64,000 bases of DNA, taken from Monocercomonoides exilis PA203 (Eukaryota > Protista > Preaxostyla). The stretch is from assembly GCA_001643675.2 (NCBI GenBank), contig LSRY02000008.1, forward strand, positions 1,488,001 to 1,552,000, in the 5' to 3' direction. Both the position numbers and the translations under genes were made by a program. The notes beneath the pieces were generated by a model. It saw nothing but the letters and a program-made list of their open reading frames with translations, was not told where the DNA came from and ran no database searches. Below are positions 1-13,865 of the stretch, one piece after another. Each line of letters opens with the position of its first letter. The first letter of the stretch is position 1.

Positions 1-376
1 CACTTTTGCCAGCAATCAGAACGAAAGTGGAAATTGTTACGGTTCGAGCACTTCAGAACCTATAATCGCTGTTTTGGGACAGGGCATTTCATTTTTCAAA
101 GCAACATCTTAAATAAAAGAGTATTGGAAGTTTAAATTATTTTATTTGTTTTTAGAAAAAAATATAAACAAATAAATTTTCGAAAATAAGTTGAAATAAA
201 ATTTGAAATGCAAACATTTGACATTATAAATAAATATATATAATCACAAATTAATTTTCGTTGGATGAGTTTTGTTAAAAACTGAATTTTTTAGTTTTCC
301 CATACTAAGATTTTTCTTGAGGCTGAAACGTATTATTAAGATCTGAAAAAGTACAATTTTGTTGAATTTGCAAGGA

Positions 377-1357
377 ATGATAACAGCATCATATTTGGCA
401 TTTTCAACGGACAAGTCCAAGGTCAAAATGAGCAAAGATATAAATCCAACACCCGTCGATTCTCCATCAATCGAAAAACAACCAAATTCATTTGACACGC
501 CTGACTCAATAAAAACAATCAAGTCTTCAAAAATATCTGAAGAAAAGAGCGAAATAAAACAAATACCACAAATAGAAGCTGTAGCCAGCAGTTCAACTTG
601 TCCCAGTGAGCCAACAAATCCAATATTGCATTCATTATGTTCTTCATGTCCAATTTTTCATGAGCTTCCTCTTCATCCAAAACTCATTCAACTTGTTTCT
701 TCTTATATTTCGTTATCATTTGTTTTGGCTGCATATCCTCATTCTGCTTCTCAATCATCTCTTGGCCAAAAATTTGATAATGATTCGAGTATTCATATTT
801 TGCCACTTCTCGGAAGACCTTTAACCGACGTCACAACACCCGACATATGTCATCCATTTTATTTACCTGCTGATGAAGATTTAATAAAGAAAGCTCAGAA
901 ACTTGCTCTTTCTTTGGAATATATTTTTGGAACGTATAGAAAGAAAACACAATTAGTCGAATCAGATATGCTGTATTTGCTTTGTATTTTGGACAGGCTC
1001 CTCTGCCACGGTCCAAAAAGGGGGTTGACGATAAAGATAGAAAATGCCACGATGATCGTAACCGTCTGTATGATGCTGGTGAACAAGATGAGCTGTGATC
1101 ATTACTTCCTCAACTCGTTTTGGAGCGAGCTGTTTTTGATCCCTTTGAAGTCGCTGAACAAGTCAGAGTCGATAATTCTGACAGCGCTTGACTACGACCT
1201 CACATTTCAATGGATAGGAAAGAGGTTCTTCCCAGATGCATCTGATAGTTCTCTTTCTGTCCATCTCACTTCACATTCTGCTTCGGATGATCGGAATGAT
1301 CCATTCGACCGCTTTCTTGTGTTTCTGTCTCACTACACTGCACTATGGAAACTTTGA
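377..1357 (+). CDS. Cyclin, Pho80/Pcl (cyclin-U/P) type
   Basis: ORF 359-1357; first ATG 377, alternative ATG 428. The C-terminal half has the Pho80-type cyclin-box pattern LYLLCILDRL...ENATMIVTVCMMLVNKMSCDHYFLNSFWSELFLIPLKSLNKSESIILTALDYDL. Confidence 0.75.
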   Translation: MITASYLAFSTDKSKVKMSKDINPTPVDSPSIEKQPNSFDTPDSIKTIKSSKISEEKSEIKQIPQIEAVASSSTCPSEPTNPILHSLCSSCPIFHELPLHPKLIQLVSSYISLSFVLAAYPHSASQSSLGQKFDNDSSIHILPLLGRPLTDVTTPDICHPFYLPADEDLIKKAQKLALSLEYIFGTYRKKTQLVESDMLYLLCILDRLLCHGPKRGLTIKIENATMIVTVCMMLVNKMSCDHYFLNSFWSELFLIPLKSLNKSESIILTALDYDLTFQWIGKRFFPDASDSSLSVHLTSHSASDDRNDPFDRFLVFLSHYTALWKL

Positions 1358-1717
1358 ATTGAAATAATAATGTTAAAAAATAAAAGCAATTTTTTTTGAT
1401 TGATGTTGGTTATTATTATTATTATTATTATTATTGCTGTTGAATTGCTTAGGTTTTTTTTGAACTCACACTTTATTTGACTTTGATTTTTGAAATTGGA
1501 GGGAAAAAAAATGAACAATTTTTATTTCCAATTTCAACTTGCTTTCTCACTTACTAACTTTCTTTCTTTCTTTTTTTGGTTTGTTTGTTTAACAAACTTT
1601 TGTTTCAAGTTCTTTGGAGGAATTCTGAAGAGTATTTCGAATGTTTGTTTATGTGTGCCTATATTGATGCTATTGTGATTCTTTGTTTTTTTTATTATTC
1701 TTCTTTTCATTCAAATT

Positions 1718-1762
1718 TTCTTCTTCTTCTTCTTCTTCTTCTTCTTCTTCTTCTTCTTCTTT
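1718..1762. repeat. (TTC)n microsatellite, within a microsatellite-rich region extending to ~3170
   Basis: About 15 perfect TTC units; nearby (TTA)n, (TCTA)n, (TTG)n and (CT)n tracts. Confidence 0.9.
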
Positions 1763-1916
1763 AATTAAAAAAACTGTCTTTCATATGTGTGTGTACGTGC
1801 GTATCATTACTGTGTTATTGCTTCTGTTGTTTATGATTATCTGATCTAATCTATTCTTATCTTATTAATTCGAACTTTATCCTTTCTTGCATTATTTCTT
1901 TCTTATTAACTTTCTG

Positions 1917-1954
<38 letters not shown>

Positions 1955-4900
1955 CTTTTCTTTTTCCTTTTTAATTTAATTTTTTTTTCTTTGTTTTTGG
2001 TTGTCCCACATTTGTCTATTTATCAGAAGGATGTTCTTATTATCATTGTTTCTGTCTATCTCTTTGTGTGTTTGTGTGTTTATGTGTGCTTTGTTCAGTT
2101 TCAATGAGTAAAAAAAAATTAAAGTTATTTTTCATTTTTAATCGTGTTTTTGATAGAAAATCGTGGTTGGATCGACAGATCTGAACGATAATTCAAAGGG
2201 AAATTTTAATTTTTAATTTTTTTTCTTTTCTTCTTCTTTTTCTTTTTCTTCTTCTTCTTCTTCTGAATCAAGAATTTTTGAACAAAGTTCCTTTGTTCTT
2301 TATTATTCTATCTAAATCCATCATAATATCTATAATTCATTCTTATTCTTTCTTATTCTGTTCTTCTGTTATTCTGTTGTTCTGTTGTTCTTTTCTATTA
2401 TTCTTATCTTCTGATATTCTGAAGCTATTTTATTAATATTTTTTTTATGTTGCAATTGTGATTAGTTGAGCCATTTTGGTTGATCTTCAATAATTGCTCC
2501 ATGTTTTTGATAAGATTCTATCCTTCTCTCTCTTTCTCGTTCTCTTTCTTTCTCTTTCTCTCTCTTTCTCTTTCTTTCTCTCTTTTCTCTATCTCTATCT
2601 CTTTCTCTTTCCGTCTATTCTCTTCCTCTTTCTCTTCCTTGTTATTGATTGTTGTGTGAATGTTTTGTTCATGCAGCAGAACAAATAGTATACTCCTAAC
2701 TTTATGTTGAATGTTCTGCAAATCTCAAAAATAATATTATTCTAATTTCTTCTTCTTCTTCTTCTTCATGCTTTCATTATAATTATTATTATTATTATTA
2801 TTATTACATATTCACCGTATTTCTATCTATCTGTCTCTATTTATCTCTATTTATCTCTCTCTCAATTTTTCTCTCTGTTTCAATTGTTCCCAAATAATGG
2901 AATATTTCTATGAAATGTTGTTGTTGTTGTTGTTGTTGTTCCTTTCGCTGAATGGGCTGCAAATATTCAAGTTTTATTGATTCTTCACAGAAAATGATGA
3001 TATTTCTGACAATTTTTCAAAACAGAATTTCACAATTATAATAACAGTTGTCAAGTCATTTGTTATCTCTTATGAATCTGGGAATAAATTCATTTTTGGC
3101 ATGAAAATCAAAAAAATAATTCTCATTCATTTATTTTTTTCTTTCTTTCTTTCTTTCCTTCCTTCTTTAATGCCTTCTTCCTTTTCGAATCTTTTTTTGA
3201 AGTTCTCATGATTGTTCTCTGTTTATTGTTCTGTTGAACTGATGAATTGTTGGTCAACTTGCAATTTAAGCTTTCTCAATCCGATCTGTCTTTGATACGA
3301 ATAACAAAAAAGGGATTGTTAATTTTGCCAGTCTTTTTAACAGCATTGTTCTTGTTTTTTTCGTTAGCTTCTAAATTCGCTATTTCTGTGATATTCTGGC
3401 TTTTATTTCATTGTTTCGTTTCAGTTGCCATTTTAATAATTTTTGTTGCAAATTGTATAGCAACTTATTCCGTTAACAACCAATTGAAAATGTTATAAAA
3501 GATAATTTTTTTTAACCTTTTTTATTTAAAAAAAAAAAAATATCATTTAATTTTATGAATCATTAGGAAGTTACCAACTGATGGGAACTAAGAGAAGTTT
3601 TAATTTTATGTTGATTTGTTTATTTTTTTTTAAAAAAAAAAAAAAATAAAACATATTTTGTGTTTGTGTTGTTTGTTCTCTTCTAACTTCACATTCAAAT
3701 ATATCATGATTTATTTTTCTGTTATTTTTTTTTAAAAAAAGTTTTGATTGTTTAGTTTTAAAATTTGTTTTCGAAAATTTTTCATTTTGATCAAACTATT
3801 TTGTTTTGTTTTGTTTTGTTTTGTTTTACATATGTTTTATTTAAATTTTTGTGCTTTTCGGATTATTGCCAACATTTCAACTGTTTCTTGCGTCTTCAAT
3901 ATATTTTTTATTAATAAAAATTAATGCATTGTATATTTCTGAAAGTTAAAAGTCAATGAATAGGAAAAAAAATAAATTTATATTGATGCAAAAGAAAATG
4001 TTTTAAAGAGAGATTCAAAAACTTGAGGAGATTTCTTTCAACTGAAAGAATTTAATAATTCGATTGTTATTGTCAAATTAACTGATTCCTCAGAATTATT
4101 TGAAACTTACCCGAACTTAACTTATTCTTTGAATAATATTCTTTTTAATCCTCAAAAAGATGATTTTTTGCTTTATATTAAATAAGAGCAAGAACAACTG
4201 CTTTTTATTACAAAAATGGGAGAAAATATGTAATTTCAAGCTTTTTCAATGAAAATTTTGCAAAATGGATGAACTTTTTGTGATCAAAAAATATGAATAA
4301 AACGGGTTCATTTTTTAGAACTCAAACAATATTTCAAAATAATATGAAATAATATCAATGATGCATGTTAATAATTATGAAAACTTAATTTGTTTCGAAA
4401 TTTGAAAAAAGTTTAATTGTGTTATGAGTGAAACAATTTCAAAGTTCTTTGCGCAAAAAAAAAAAGCTTGTTAGTCCGTATTTTCCCCCAAATGTTCAAA
4501 GTTTTTTATTCGAATGTCTGTTTTCATGTTTTATTATCATTGCATTTTCCATTATTTTGAACCAGTACGTTGTCTTTTCAATAATTTTTTGAAATAAATT
4601 GTTCAGAAAATCTTGATTGAATTTTTTATTTTTTCCCTTTTTACCTGAATAATCATGAAATATTATCACTTCCCTTCTGAAAAGTTTCTTTAATAAAGTG
4701 GTAATTTTTCAAAGAAAATTTGTAGTGAAAATTTTATGTTTGGCTGGAATTTTGTATCGTTTGATAAAAAATATATTTTTTTCAATCAATCAGTCAAATT
4801 TCAACATGTATCTCATGAAATCTCTTGATGTCGAATGTTAACAAAAGGAAATTTTAATTTGAAAATTGACATAATGAATGCAAAAATGCTTTAAGAGATT

Positions 4901-6393
4901 CAAAATATCGCACTTAAAGATAATTATTTATTTGTGATTTTTAGATAAGAATCTCCTAAAATATGAAATCATTCTTTGTTTGTGGGAATGTGAATTTTTT
5001 TCTTCATTGCAAACTTTTTGAACAAATGTTTTTTTGATTATGGAATTTGGAGAATTCCAATTTCGTTGCATCATTTTTATTTAATTATGTGATAATTTTT
5101 ATATTTTCATGAATTTGGTATCACTTTTGTTGAAAAAAATACTCAAATGGTTTATATTGTGGTTTTGAGATAAGACGAATTCTGAAAGCGATAATTTTCG
5201 ATGTTTTGTAAAAAATGCAGATACTATTTGTTCGACTTCTTTTTCCCTTTCTCAGAATATCAAAAATTGTTTCTTGGAATATTTTGAAACATTCGAAACA
5301 ATTCACAATTATAAACAAAAACTTATCGAATCGATTGAATGGAGTATTTTGCATTTATGATAAATCAAAAAGAATGATTCAAAAATTTAAAAAATCTAAT
5401 TTATCAAAAAATTGAATTATTATCATGATTTTTTTTGATGGTTTGCCGCATTACAAATATTTTCTCAAAACACGTTCAAATTTTCTCGTGTTTTTATCAT
5501 TTTTATTTTTATTTTTGTTTTTGTTTTTATTTTTGTTTTTGTTTTGTTAACTGAATGTTTCTTTTCTTTTCCAAACATTGATGTTGAAAATAAAATTATA
5601 TGGAGAAAAATACAGACTTTCAAGTATTTTTTTTTTTTTTTTTTTTTTTTTTTGCACAAGTCATACAATCTTTATTTCACTCATAACTTTATTAAACCTA
5701 ATCAGATTTCAAAATTGATTGAACATTCATATTGAAAACAGGAAACATTGATATAATAACATTATGTCATATGCGCTATTCAAATTCGAAAAAATGAATC
5801 TGCTTAGTTAATATTTTTTGGTTGTAAATAGATAATGATGATTGCAATTCTTTTCAATGAAAAAGCCTGAAGTTCTGTATTTTGTCCCGTGTTATATCTG
5901 AACACAACATTGTTCGAGAAAAAATATACTGTTCTGTATCCATAGAAAATAAAAAATCAATAAAGTTTGGCTCATAAACTGGTTAGAAATAAATGGAAAA
6001 AGAGAATTGACTTGAAAGATAATGAAAAGAACGTCTCGATTATTTTTCATGTCGTTTTCTTAAAATTATTAATTTGAACAGAAATTATTTAAAATACATT
6101 TTTATGAAGACACAAAATTATAATTATTATAATTATGCAAAAGTTTTGTTTCTAATTAGAATTTAATTTGAAACAATTATGAATTTTTTTCCAAAAAAAT
6201 CAGGAAAAAAATACAAGAATCAAAAATCAACTCCAATCCCCGCTCCCACGATCCAAAGCATTAAATTTGTTATTTTGGTTCTTCTTTCTTTTTTAAATAT
6301 ATATAAATATATATATATATAACCAGCAAACAAATTTCAAAAGAGATCAAAAAACAATATTTGATTGTTGATACCGGAAGAAGAATAGTGATT

Positions 6394-8000
6394 TCAAGAT
6401 TTCATATCTTTGATCACCACATCAACCATCGACAGCTGTGACAGCGGCACCACAAACACTGACGACGACATCACATAATTTCCTGTTTTACTCGTGGCGA
6501 TCACAACATCCTCCAACGAGAGTGACCCACTCCCATCAGACACCACAACCACACTCGGCGAAGGACTTGCACTTGAGTTGCAGTCAACCTTCATGTGCAA
6601 TAAACCAAGATGACCTGTTGACACGCTGAACAGCGCTCCAGCTGATGAAAGCGCTCCTGTTCCAATCGAACTCTCCGTCCTCCCTTTCCCAATGACTGAA
6701 ATCTTCTTTGATCCAATATCAATAGTTGCTGTCTCGCTCACATGATTCCCTTCCATCAGCGTGACTGATGAGCTCAGCTCTTCCAAGCCCGTCTCCACTG
6801 CATGTCCCACCGTCTGGCATGGAGCCGATTCGCCCATCCCACACAGCCCACTCGAGTCACTTCCATTAGCGCCCACATACAGAACCTTCGACCATTCGTT
6901 CAGCCACACCTTTTTGATGTTTGGTTATATGACCAATCTTTTGCAATTGCATAATTGTATGCATAGCACACTCTCTGTTCATTCGTGTTTGTTGTGTAGC
7001 ATTCATAGAACGGATTGTCTGAATTCAAAAAGACATTATAATAATCAACATAATAGGCATCGTGACCATATGGAGTATCTGCAGAGCATTTGCATTCGTG
7101 GAAGAACAGGAAATAACAATAAATCACATCATTTTGTGATGCTTGTCTGTATGGATATAAATCCAACCCTCCTCCATATGCAGATGCTGAACATGAAATG
7201 AACTGAATGCTCCTCATTTTGAATTGCGTGATTGGAATATTTGCACAATACATACCTCCACCATAATAATTTGTGACTGAGCATGAAGTGAAGCAGCAGT
7301 CAAACACGCATGCACTTCCCCCTTCTCCATTTTCTGTTGGAATGCATCCTGATCCTGAAACATTAAAATTATCAAGATCAAGTCCTCCTCCATATCTATT
7401 TGCTTTGCAATTTTGAAATTCGCATCCGCTGATCTGAACACACGACGAAATCACATAAATGCACATCCCTCCGCCAGCCCAAGTTTGCGCAGTGCATGAG
7501 TTGAACGTGTTGTTCACAATCTCAACAGATTCGATATATGCACACATGACTCCTCCTCCATCGCAATAAGCATAACAATCATTGAATGAGCAGTGCTTAA
7601 TTGAAATTATAGCATTTGATTGACTGTACATGCAGATTGCACCACCACTTGACACTCCGTCTTCCCATTTATTTTCTGTTCCGGTCGTCCTCGATCCATT
7701 CCATTCACACCAAATGAATGAATTTGCTCCATTGAATGTTTCGTTTTGCCTCCCTGGAGTCAACTTTCCATCTGCATTTCCTTCACATACAACATTTCTT
7801 GTCCGACAACATCCAATGAATGAGGCGTTTGAAACAGTTAAGGATGATGAGGGGTTGTTGAGGGAAGGAACAATACCTCCATCATATGCATCACAAACTG
7901 ATGAGAATGAGCAGCTGTTCATAAAACATGATGTTTGGGATGACGTTGTTGTTGAAGGTGAGCATGCATCATTTGCTGTTGATATGTTGAAAAATGACAA
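6394..8000 (-). pseudogene. Cassette A: Cys/Gly-rich Pmp/adhesin-like beta-helix fragment, frameshifted near 6911
   Basis: ORFs 6900-8000 plus 6394-6909 together equal the mirror ORF 25292-26899. The break is A5 versus A6 in a homopolymer (possible sequencing error). Confidence 0.7.
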
Positions 8001-11000
8001 ATGAGAAAGGGATATAAGGGGTGTAGAGGGCGGTGATAAAAAATTGGCAAAAAAGAGGAGAAACGTGATTCACTCACTGAAACTCTTCATTTTCCTATTT
8101 CTTCTTCCGCTTCTGAAATGCATACTCCCATAAGAAAAGTATCTTTTCCCCTTTGTTCCGCTAAATGGAAACGGAATTCAAATGTTCTTCGTCATTAACT
8201 TTCCTTAAAATCCCCTTTTCTTCTGGGATCAAATTCTGCCTTCTTTCCATATTCCATTCACTTCCATCGCTTTTGAATATTCACGCAAAAACCCCTGCTA
8301 TCATTAAAAATATATATATTTAATAAAACAAAATCTTAAAAAATACAAAAATACAAAATTGCAAAAAATTTCAATAATAAAAATATGAAAAGCCCCGTAC
8401 CATTTTCTTTTCACCATCTTCCACTTCTTCTTCTCGACTTTTTGCCAAATTTCTTCTTTTGCTGTATCATCAATTTTCCGCCATTCCTTTTTGATTTAAA
8501 CAAGATTCATCGTAAATGCCTTCCAAAACCTTCAAATAAAAATATCTTCTTCTCTTTTCCTTTCATTTATATTTCATCCGGCTCATTTCTCATTACTCCC
8601 CTCCAATTATTATGTCCTGATTTCTTTTAATGCATCCAATATCCCCTCAAACCATATTCCTTGTTCATTCATCGTTGTTGAACATTCTTGCAAAAAATCC
8701 TAATTTCATAATAAAAAATAAAAACATTTGATAAAAAATATTAATAAAAAAATGCAAACCTACATCTTTCGCAATGACCGCCTTTCGCTGACTTTTTTCT
8801 TTCTTTCTTCTTCTTCTTTTTAAAATATTAACAAAAGCTCAATCCTCTGTTCTGCTTCCACTCAAATAACCTCCACAAACTCTATTTTGTAAAATAATGA
8901 AAAGACATGAGTATTCCATCTGAAGAATCCCTTCTCATCCCTTGCCCAAATCTTCTTCTTCTTCTCTTCATTTCCTCCAAAATATCAACGCCCCTCCACC
9001 AAATGTCTCTACCCCTTCGCCCAAATCCCTTCTCCTTCACTCCCTGTTACTTCTTCTCCCGTCATCCTTCTCCTAATCAAAATTAAATATCTCCATCCTT
9101 TTTCTGTCTCTGGCGCAAGACACCATTTCCTGGTCAGCCCCTCATCTCGCTCCATCCCTGTCGCACCTCTGTCTCCATACCCCCAATGCAAAGTGTTGCG
9201 CCTGATGTTCCTTCTTCCCGTCTTCCTCCGCCTCCGCCTCCATCCCTTGCCCTGCAAATGAAAGGCGCGACCAAACTATCCATTCAATAAAAAATTTAAA
9301 ATATTAAATAAATATCTCTCACTTTTTTTTCTTCAACCCCATTTCCCCCTCTACTTGTTCATCCACAAAATCTCTTCTCTTTGCTCCGCCTCATATGAAC
9401 CCCCTCTCTCTCCCTGCATTTGAAAATAAAAAAACATCTCCTCCACACATCTCTCTATCTCAAATCCTCTCCTCCAATAAATATATTCTATTCACTCCAC
9501 CCATCTTCTGCCCTTCTTGTTTTCCCCTCTTATCCCACCTCCTCCACATCAAATTCCATTTCTCAAATAATAAACACTGCCTCAACTCCTTCCCAATAGC
9601 AAAATTCTCAAAAATAACCCCTCCCAACCTCATCCTTATCCATCTCCCACACATCCATTATGCCTCTTAAACTTCACAAAAACACCTCTTTTCCACAAAA
9701 ACATCCTTTAATCGTTCCATTCCCTCTCTAAACCCTGCCTCCTCCAAGAACTCAACTCCTTCACCCCACACCATAAATCCATCCTATTGTTATCGCATTG
9801 TCTTCATATGCCCATTCAGCCACGGCACATCGAGTAGGACTTTCTTTTCTTTTGTGGCTCTTATTCGTTATGGAACATGATCAAGAAATGCCAAATGCTC
9901 AGAAACTGTCAACGGAGTGAGACTCCGAAGTGAAAACAAAGACAGGTTGACTAAACGAAATATTTCCAGTGAAAGGGTTGAGTATCACAAAAGAATGTTT
10001 GCTTGATGGAAGATGAAATTGTTCATATTGATTGATGGATGGCTGTGGAGCGACAATATTTTCGATGGAAATGAAGAATTTTCAATGTATGTATTTTATA
10101 TTTTTCTGTTGATTGTGAAGATATTATTATCTGTATCCTCTCCAAAGTTGTGATTCAGTCAATTTATATTTAAAATGAACAATTTATTCCATGCAGAGCA
10201 GAACAGCGAGGAAGCGAGACAAATGTTATCTTACAAATATATTAGATCCTGAATATATTTTATCATAAATGTTTATGTTACTCATTTTGGACTAAACATG
10301 CGCGATGGATAGAAATACGACGAAAAATGAAATTTAATGGAGCAGAAATCAACGGGGTTGGAAGATATCCAAGGCAAAAAGGAAGGATGATCAATGACTA
10401 TGAAAAGGGAACTATTTTTAAAAATATTGAGAGGACATTTTCAGAAAAAGCATTGTTGGGGTGATTGGGACAAATCACTGAAACAGGACATTGGAGTCAG
10501 TTGGGACAGAGCAAGGTGCCTTTCTTGGGATAAGAAGGGCAAGACATTGCTTTTATGGACCTGGGGGAGCGATGGAACTGGATTTGATTACTTGGCTTTT
10601 GAACCAAATATACGAGAAAATCAGGCAGTTTGGCGTGATACAGGCAGCTTGGAGTGGATTACAGGCAAAATGGATTTAAGTCATTTTGCTATCGCCTTTT
10701 GCGTTGTGCCATCGAAGGATTTGCAACTGAAGAAGAGAACGAGGTTGCGATGCTGAGAATATCTTCTGATAGAAGATATCCGACATTTAAGATTTCTATA
10801 AGATCTTCGTCTTCTTTTTCATCATCTTCTTCTTCGCCGTCATTGTTTTCATTTGCATCACATCAGCAAATTTTATTGCATACACACATATTTTATCTTC
10901 GTTGTCGCGTCATCTCCCTCTTCTTCGACTTCTTGGTCACTATCATTTTTGCCTTTTTCTCGTCTCTTCCTCCTCTTCTTCTTCTCTTTTTGGAATGAAG

Positions 11001-11651
11001 TTGGTGGAGTTATTTGAGCAAAAGCGAAGCTGAGGACTGGACTTTGGCTATATTTTTAGGAAGAAAAAGGGAAGCGAAGTTATTAGCAGTAATTTAGGCA
11101 GCGAAGACGAAGCAGATGAGTTTTGTAGGCAGTACAGAGAAATATTTAGAGAGGAAGAGGATATGAAGAAGAGCCGATGATTTAGAAAAAATGTGTGAAG
11201 AAAATTCATTATCAAAAAGCTCATAACATGATTTATTTTAATTTATTTTTTTTTAATTTTTTTATTTTTTCTTTTAAATTTTTCTATATCCTTTAATTTC
11301 TTATTTTAAATTTTTATTATTTTTCTTAATTTTTTAATTATTTTTAAGAATTTTGATTTTTGCGATCGCATTTATAAGAGATGAAAGCGAATGGAACGTG
11401 GAAAAAGGCAGAAGGCGGCAATAGAAGAAAAAGAGATTTTAGGGAAAGCAAATGACGAGGAAGACTATGTTCTTGTTTCAATTTGGAGGCATTGAAGAAA
11501 AAGAAGCTTTTCTTTTGGAAATATGCATTTTAGAAGCAGGAGAAGAGGCAGGAAAAGGGAACTCAAGCTCATTTGGATCTTGATGAATATCTCGTTGAGA
11601 GGCATGGTAGGCTTATGGAAAATGAGAGAGGGAAAGGAAATGTTTCGGTGA

Positions 11652-13161
11652 GTGAATCAAGCCCTATTCCTTTCAACTTCCTCAATGCTCCTTGTTTCCT
11701 TCTCACAACTCACATTTTTCAATATTTCAACAGCAAATGATGCATGTTTGCCTTCAACCACATTCTCCCAAGCCTTTTATCTGATGAGTAGTTGCTCATT
11801 TTCTTCTATTTGTGATGCATATGATGGAGGGATTGTTCCCTCTCTGAACAACCCCTTGGTTTCTCTGACTGTCTCAAACACCTCATTCACTGGATGTTGC
11901 AGGAAAAGGAATATTGAATGCAATGGAACTTCAAATAATAAGAAACAACCAAGAAGACATAATGTAACAGATAATGGACCGAATACGTTCACTTGGTGTG
12001 AATGGAATGGATCGAAGGCAACCGGAACAAGCGATTCTGTTTCAGATGGAGTGTCAAGTGGAGGAGCCATCTGTATGTACAATCTCAATTCTGGAGAACT
12101 TTCTGTTTCATATTGTTCATTCAATGACTGCACTGCACACTACCATGGGGGAGCAGTCATGTGCTATACTATCAAAGCAGCGACCATTGAAAGTAGCTCT
12201 TTCAATTGCTGTGCCTCCTCAAATCGATATGGGGGAGGTGTGTATTTATATGACATTTCTACTTGTGCTCGGGTGAGTGGATGCGAGTTCAAAAACTGTC
12301 AAGCGATTGGATATGGAGGAGGATTGAAATTAGAATATTTTAATGTATCAGAAGGATGCATTGGAACAGAAAGTGGAGAAGTGGAGAGTGCGTGTGTGTT
12401 TGACTGCAGTTTCACTTCATGTTCAGTTACAAATTATTATGGTGGAGGCATGTATTGTAAAACTGTTCCTACCACGCAATTCAAAATGAGGAGCATTCAG
12501 TTTGTTTCATGTTCAGCAACTGCAAATGGAGGAGGGTTGGAGCTGTATCCAAATCGAGCAACAACGCCAAATGATAGAATCTATTGTTATTTCCTGTTCT
12601 TCCACGGATGCAAATGCCTGGCCAATGTTCCATATGGTCACGATGCCTATTATGTTGATTATTATAATGTCTTTTTGAATTCAGACAATCCGTTCTATGA
12701 ATGCTACACAACAAACACGAATGAACAGAGAGTGTGTTATGCGTATAATTACTCGAATGCTGGCGCCTGGACATATGATCAATCAATGAAAAAGGATTGA
12801 GCTGAAAGATAAAACGTTATATGTTTCAATGAATGGGAATGATTCATATGAGCTGTGTGGGGCAAATGAAACAAATCCGTGTCTGACAGTGAAGAAGGCG
12901 TTTGAGATGTGCGAGGTGCAGATAAGCTTGACAATCACGCTGATGGAAGGGGATCACACAAGCGAGGCAACAACTATTGAGATTGGGGAAAAGAAGATTT
13001 TAGTCATTGGGAAAGGGAGGACGGAGAGTTCGATTGAAACAGAAGCTGTTTTTATCTTATTCAACAATTTTCATCCTCTTCCTCTTCTTCGCTTTCTTCA
13101 TCATACTCGTCAGTCTTTAAGATTTTGGTTGTATGAGTTGTTCGAGTGCAAGCGAAGCTGA
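11652..13161 (+). pseudogene. Cassette B: beta-helix adhesin-like fragment with a 1-nt insertion near 12800
   Basis: ORFs 11652-12800 plus 12829-13161 equal the mirror ORF 20117-21625; ggattgAgctgaaa here versus ggattggctgaaa in the mirror. Confidence 0.7.
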
Positions 13162-13865
13162 GATTGGAATTAAGCAACAATTTTGGAGCAGAAGAGAAGC
13201 AATGCTATTGTCTGTGACATTGGCAGCTGAGACAGAGCAGATGGATTTTGCAGGCATAAATGAACGACATTTTGAGAGGCGCAAGAAGAAGAAGTGTGTG
13301 AAGATTGTTAATTATAAAAAGGATTCTAATTATTTGTTATATTGTATTTTTTGTATTTTTTTGATTTGGTTAAGTTATTTTGTTTTTGATATTTCAATAA
13401 TGTTCTTTTCATTTATTCTTTTCTATTTTTCTGATGTTAGAATCTTTTCAGAAGTCTTTGATAGCAATGAATGCGAATGGAACATGGAAAGAAGGCAGAA
13501 AATGGAAATGGGAGAAAAAGAGATTATCAAAGAAATAGATGAGGATGAATGTTGGAAAACTGTCTCTGATCAGTGGAACCGAGGGGAAAAGATGCTTTTC
13601 CATTTTTAACAACATGGTTTTCAGAAGCAGCAGAAGAGATAGTAAAAGGATCTGTCTTTTGGAAATATTCTGCTACATGGCGCGGAGATGCAAAACAGGT
13701 GTATGATAAAAAAATTAAAAGAGAAGGAAGAATTTCAGTGAGTGAATCGCGTTTCTCATCTTTTCCCCATTTTTCTTTTCACCATCTATATCCCTTATAT
13801 CCCTCTTCAAACTAATATTTTTCAACATATCAACAGCAAATGAGGCATGCTCTCCTTCAACAACA

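Noticed and set aside
1-135. GGTTCGA at position 41 as a tRNA T-loop; short open frames at the window start
   Set aside because: No cloverleaf stems seen and no recognisable protein.
3900-6200. Possible decayed gene or transposon in the AT-rich P1 arm
   Set aside because: Only short ORFs; no recognisable motif or terminal repeats.
7630-8004. Recurrent antisense ORFs over the cassettes (MQIAPPLD...)
   Set aside because: Shadow frames of the conserved sense cassette.
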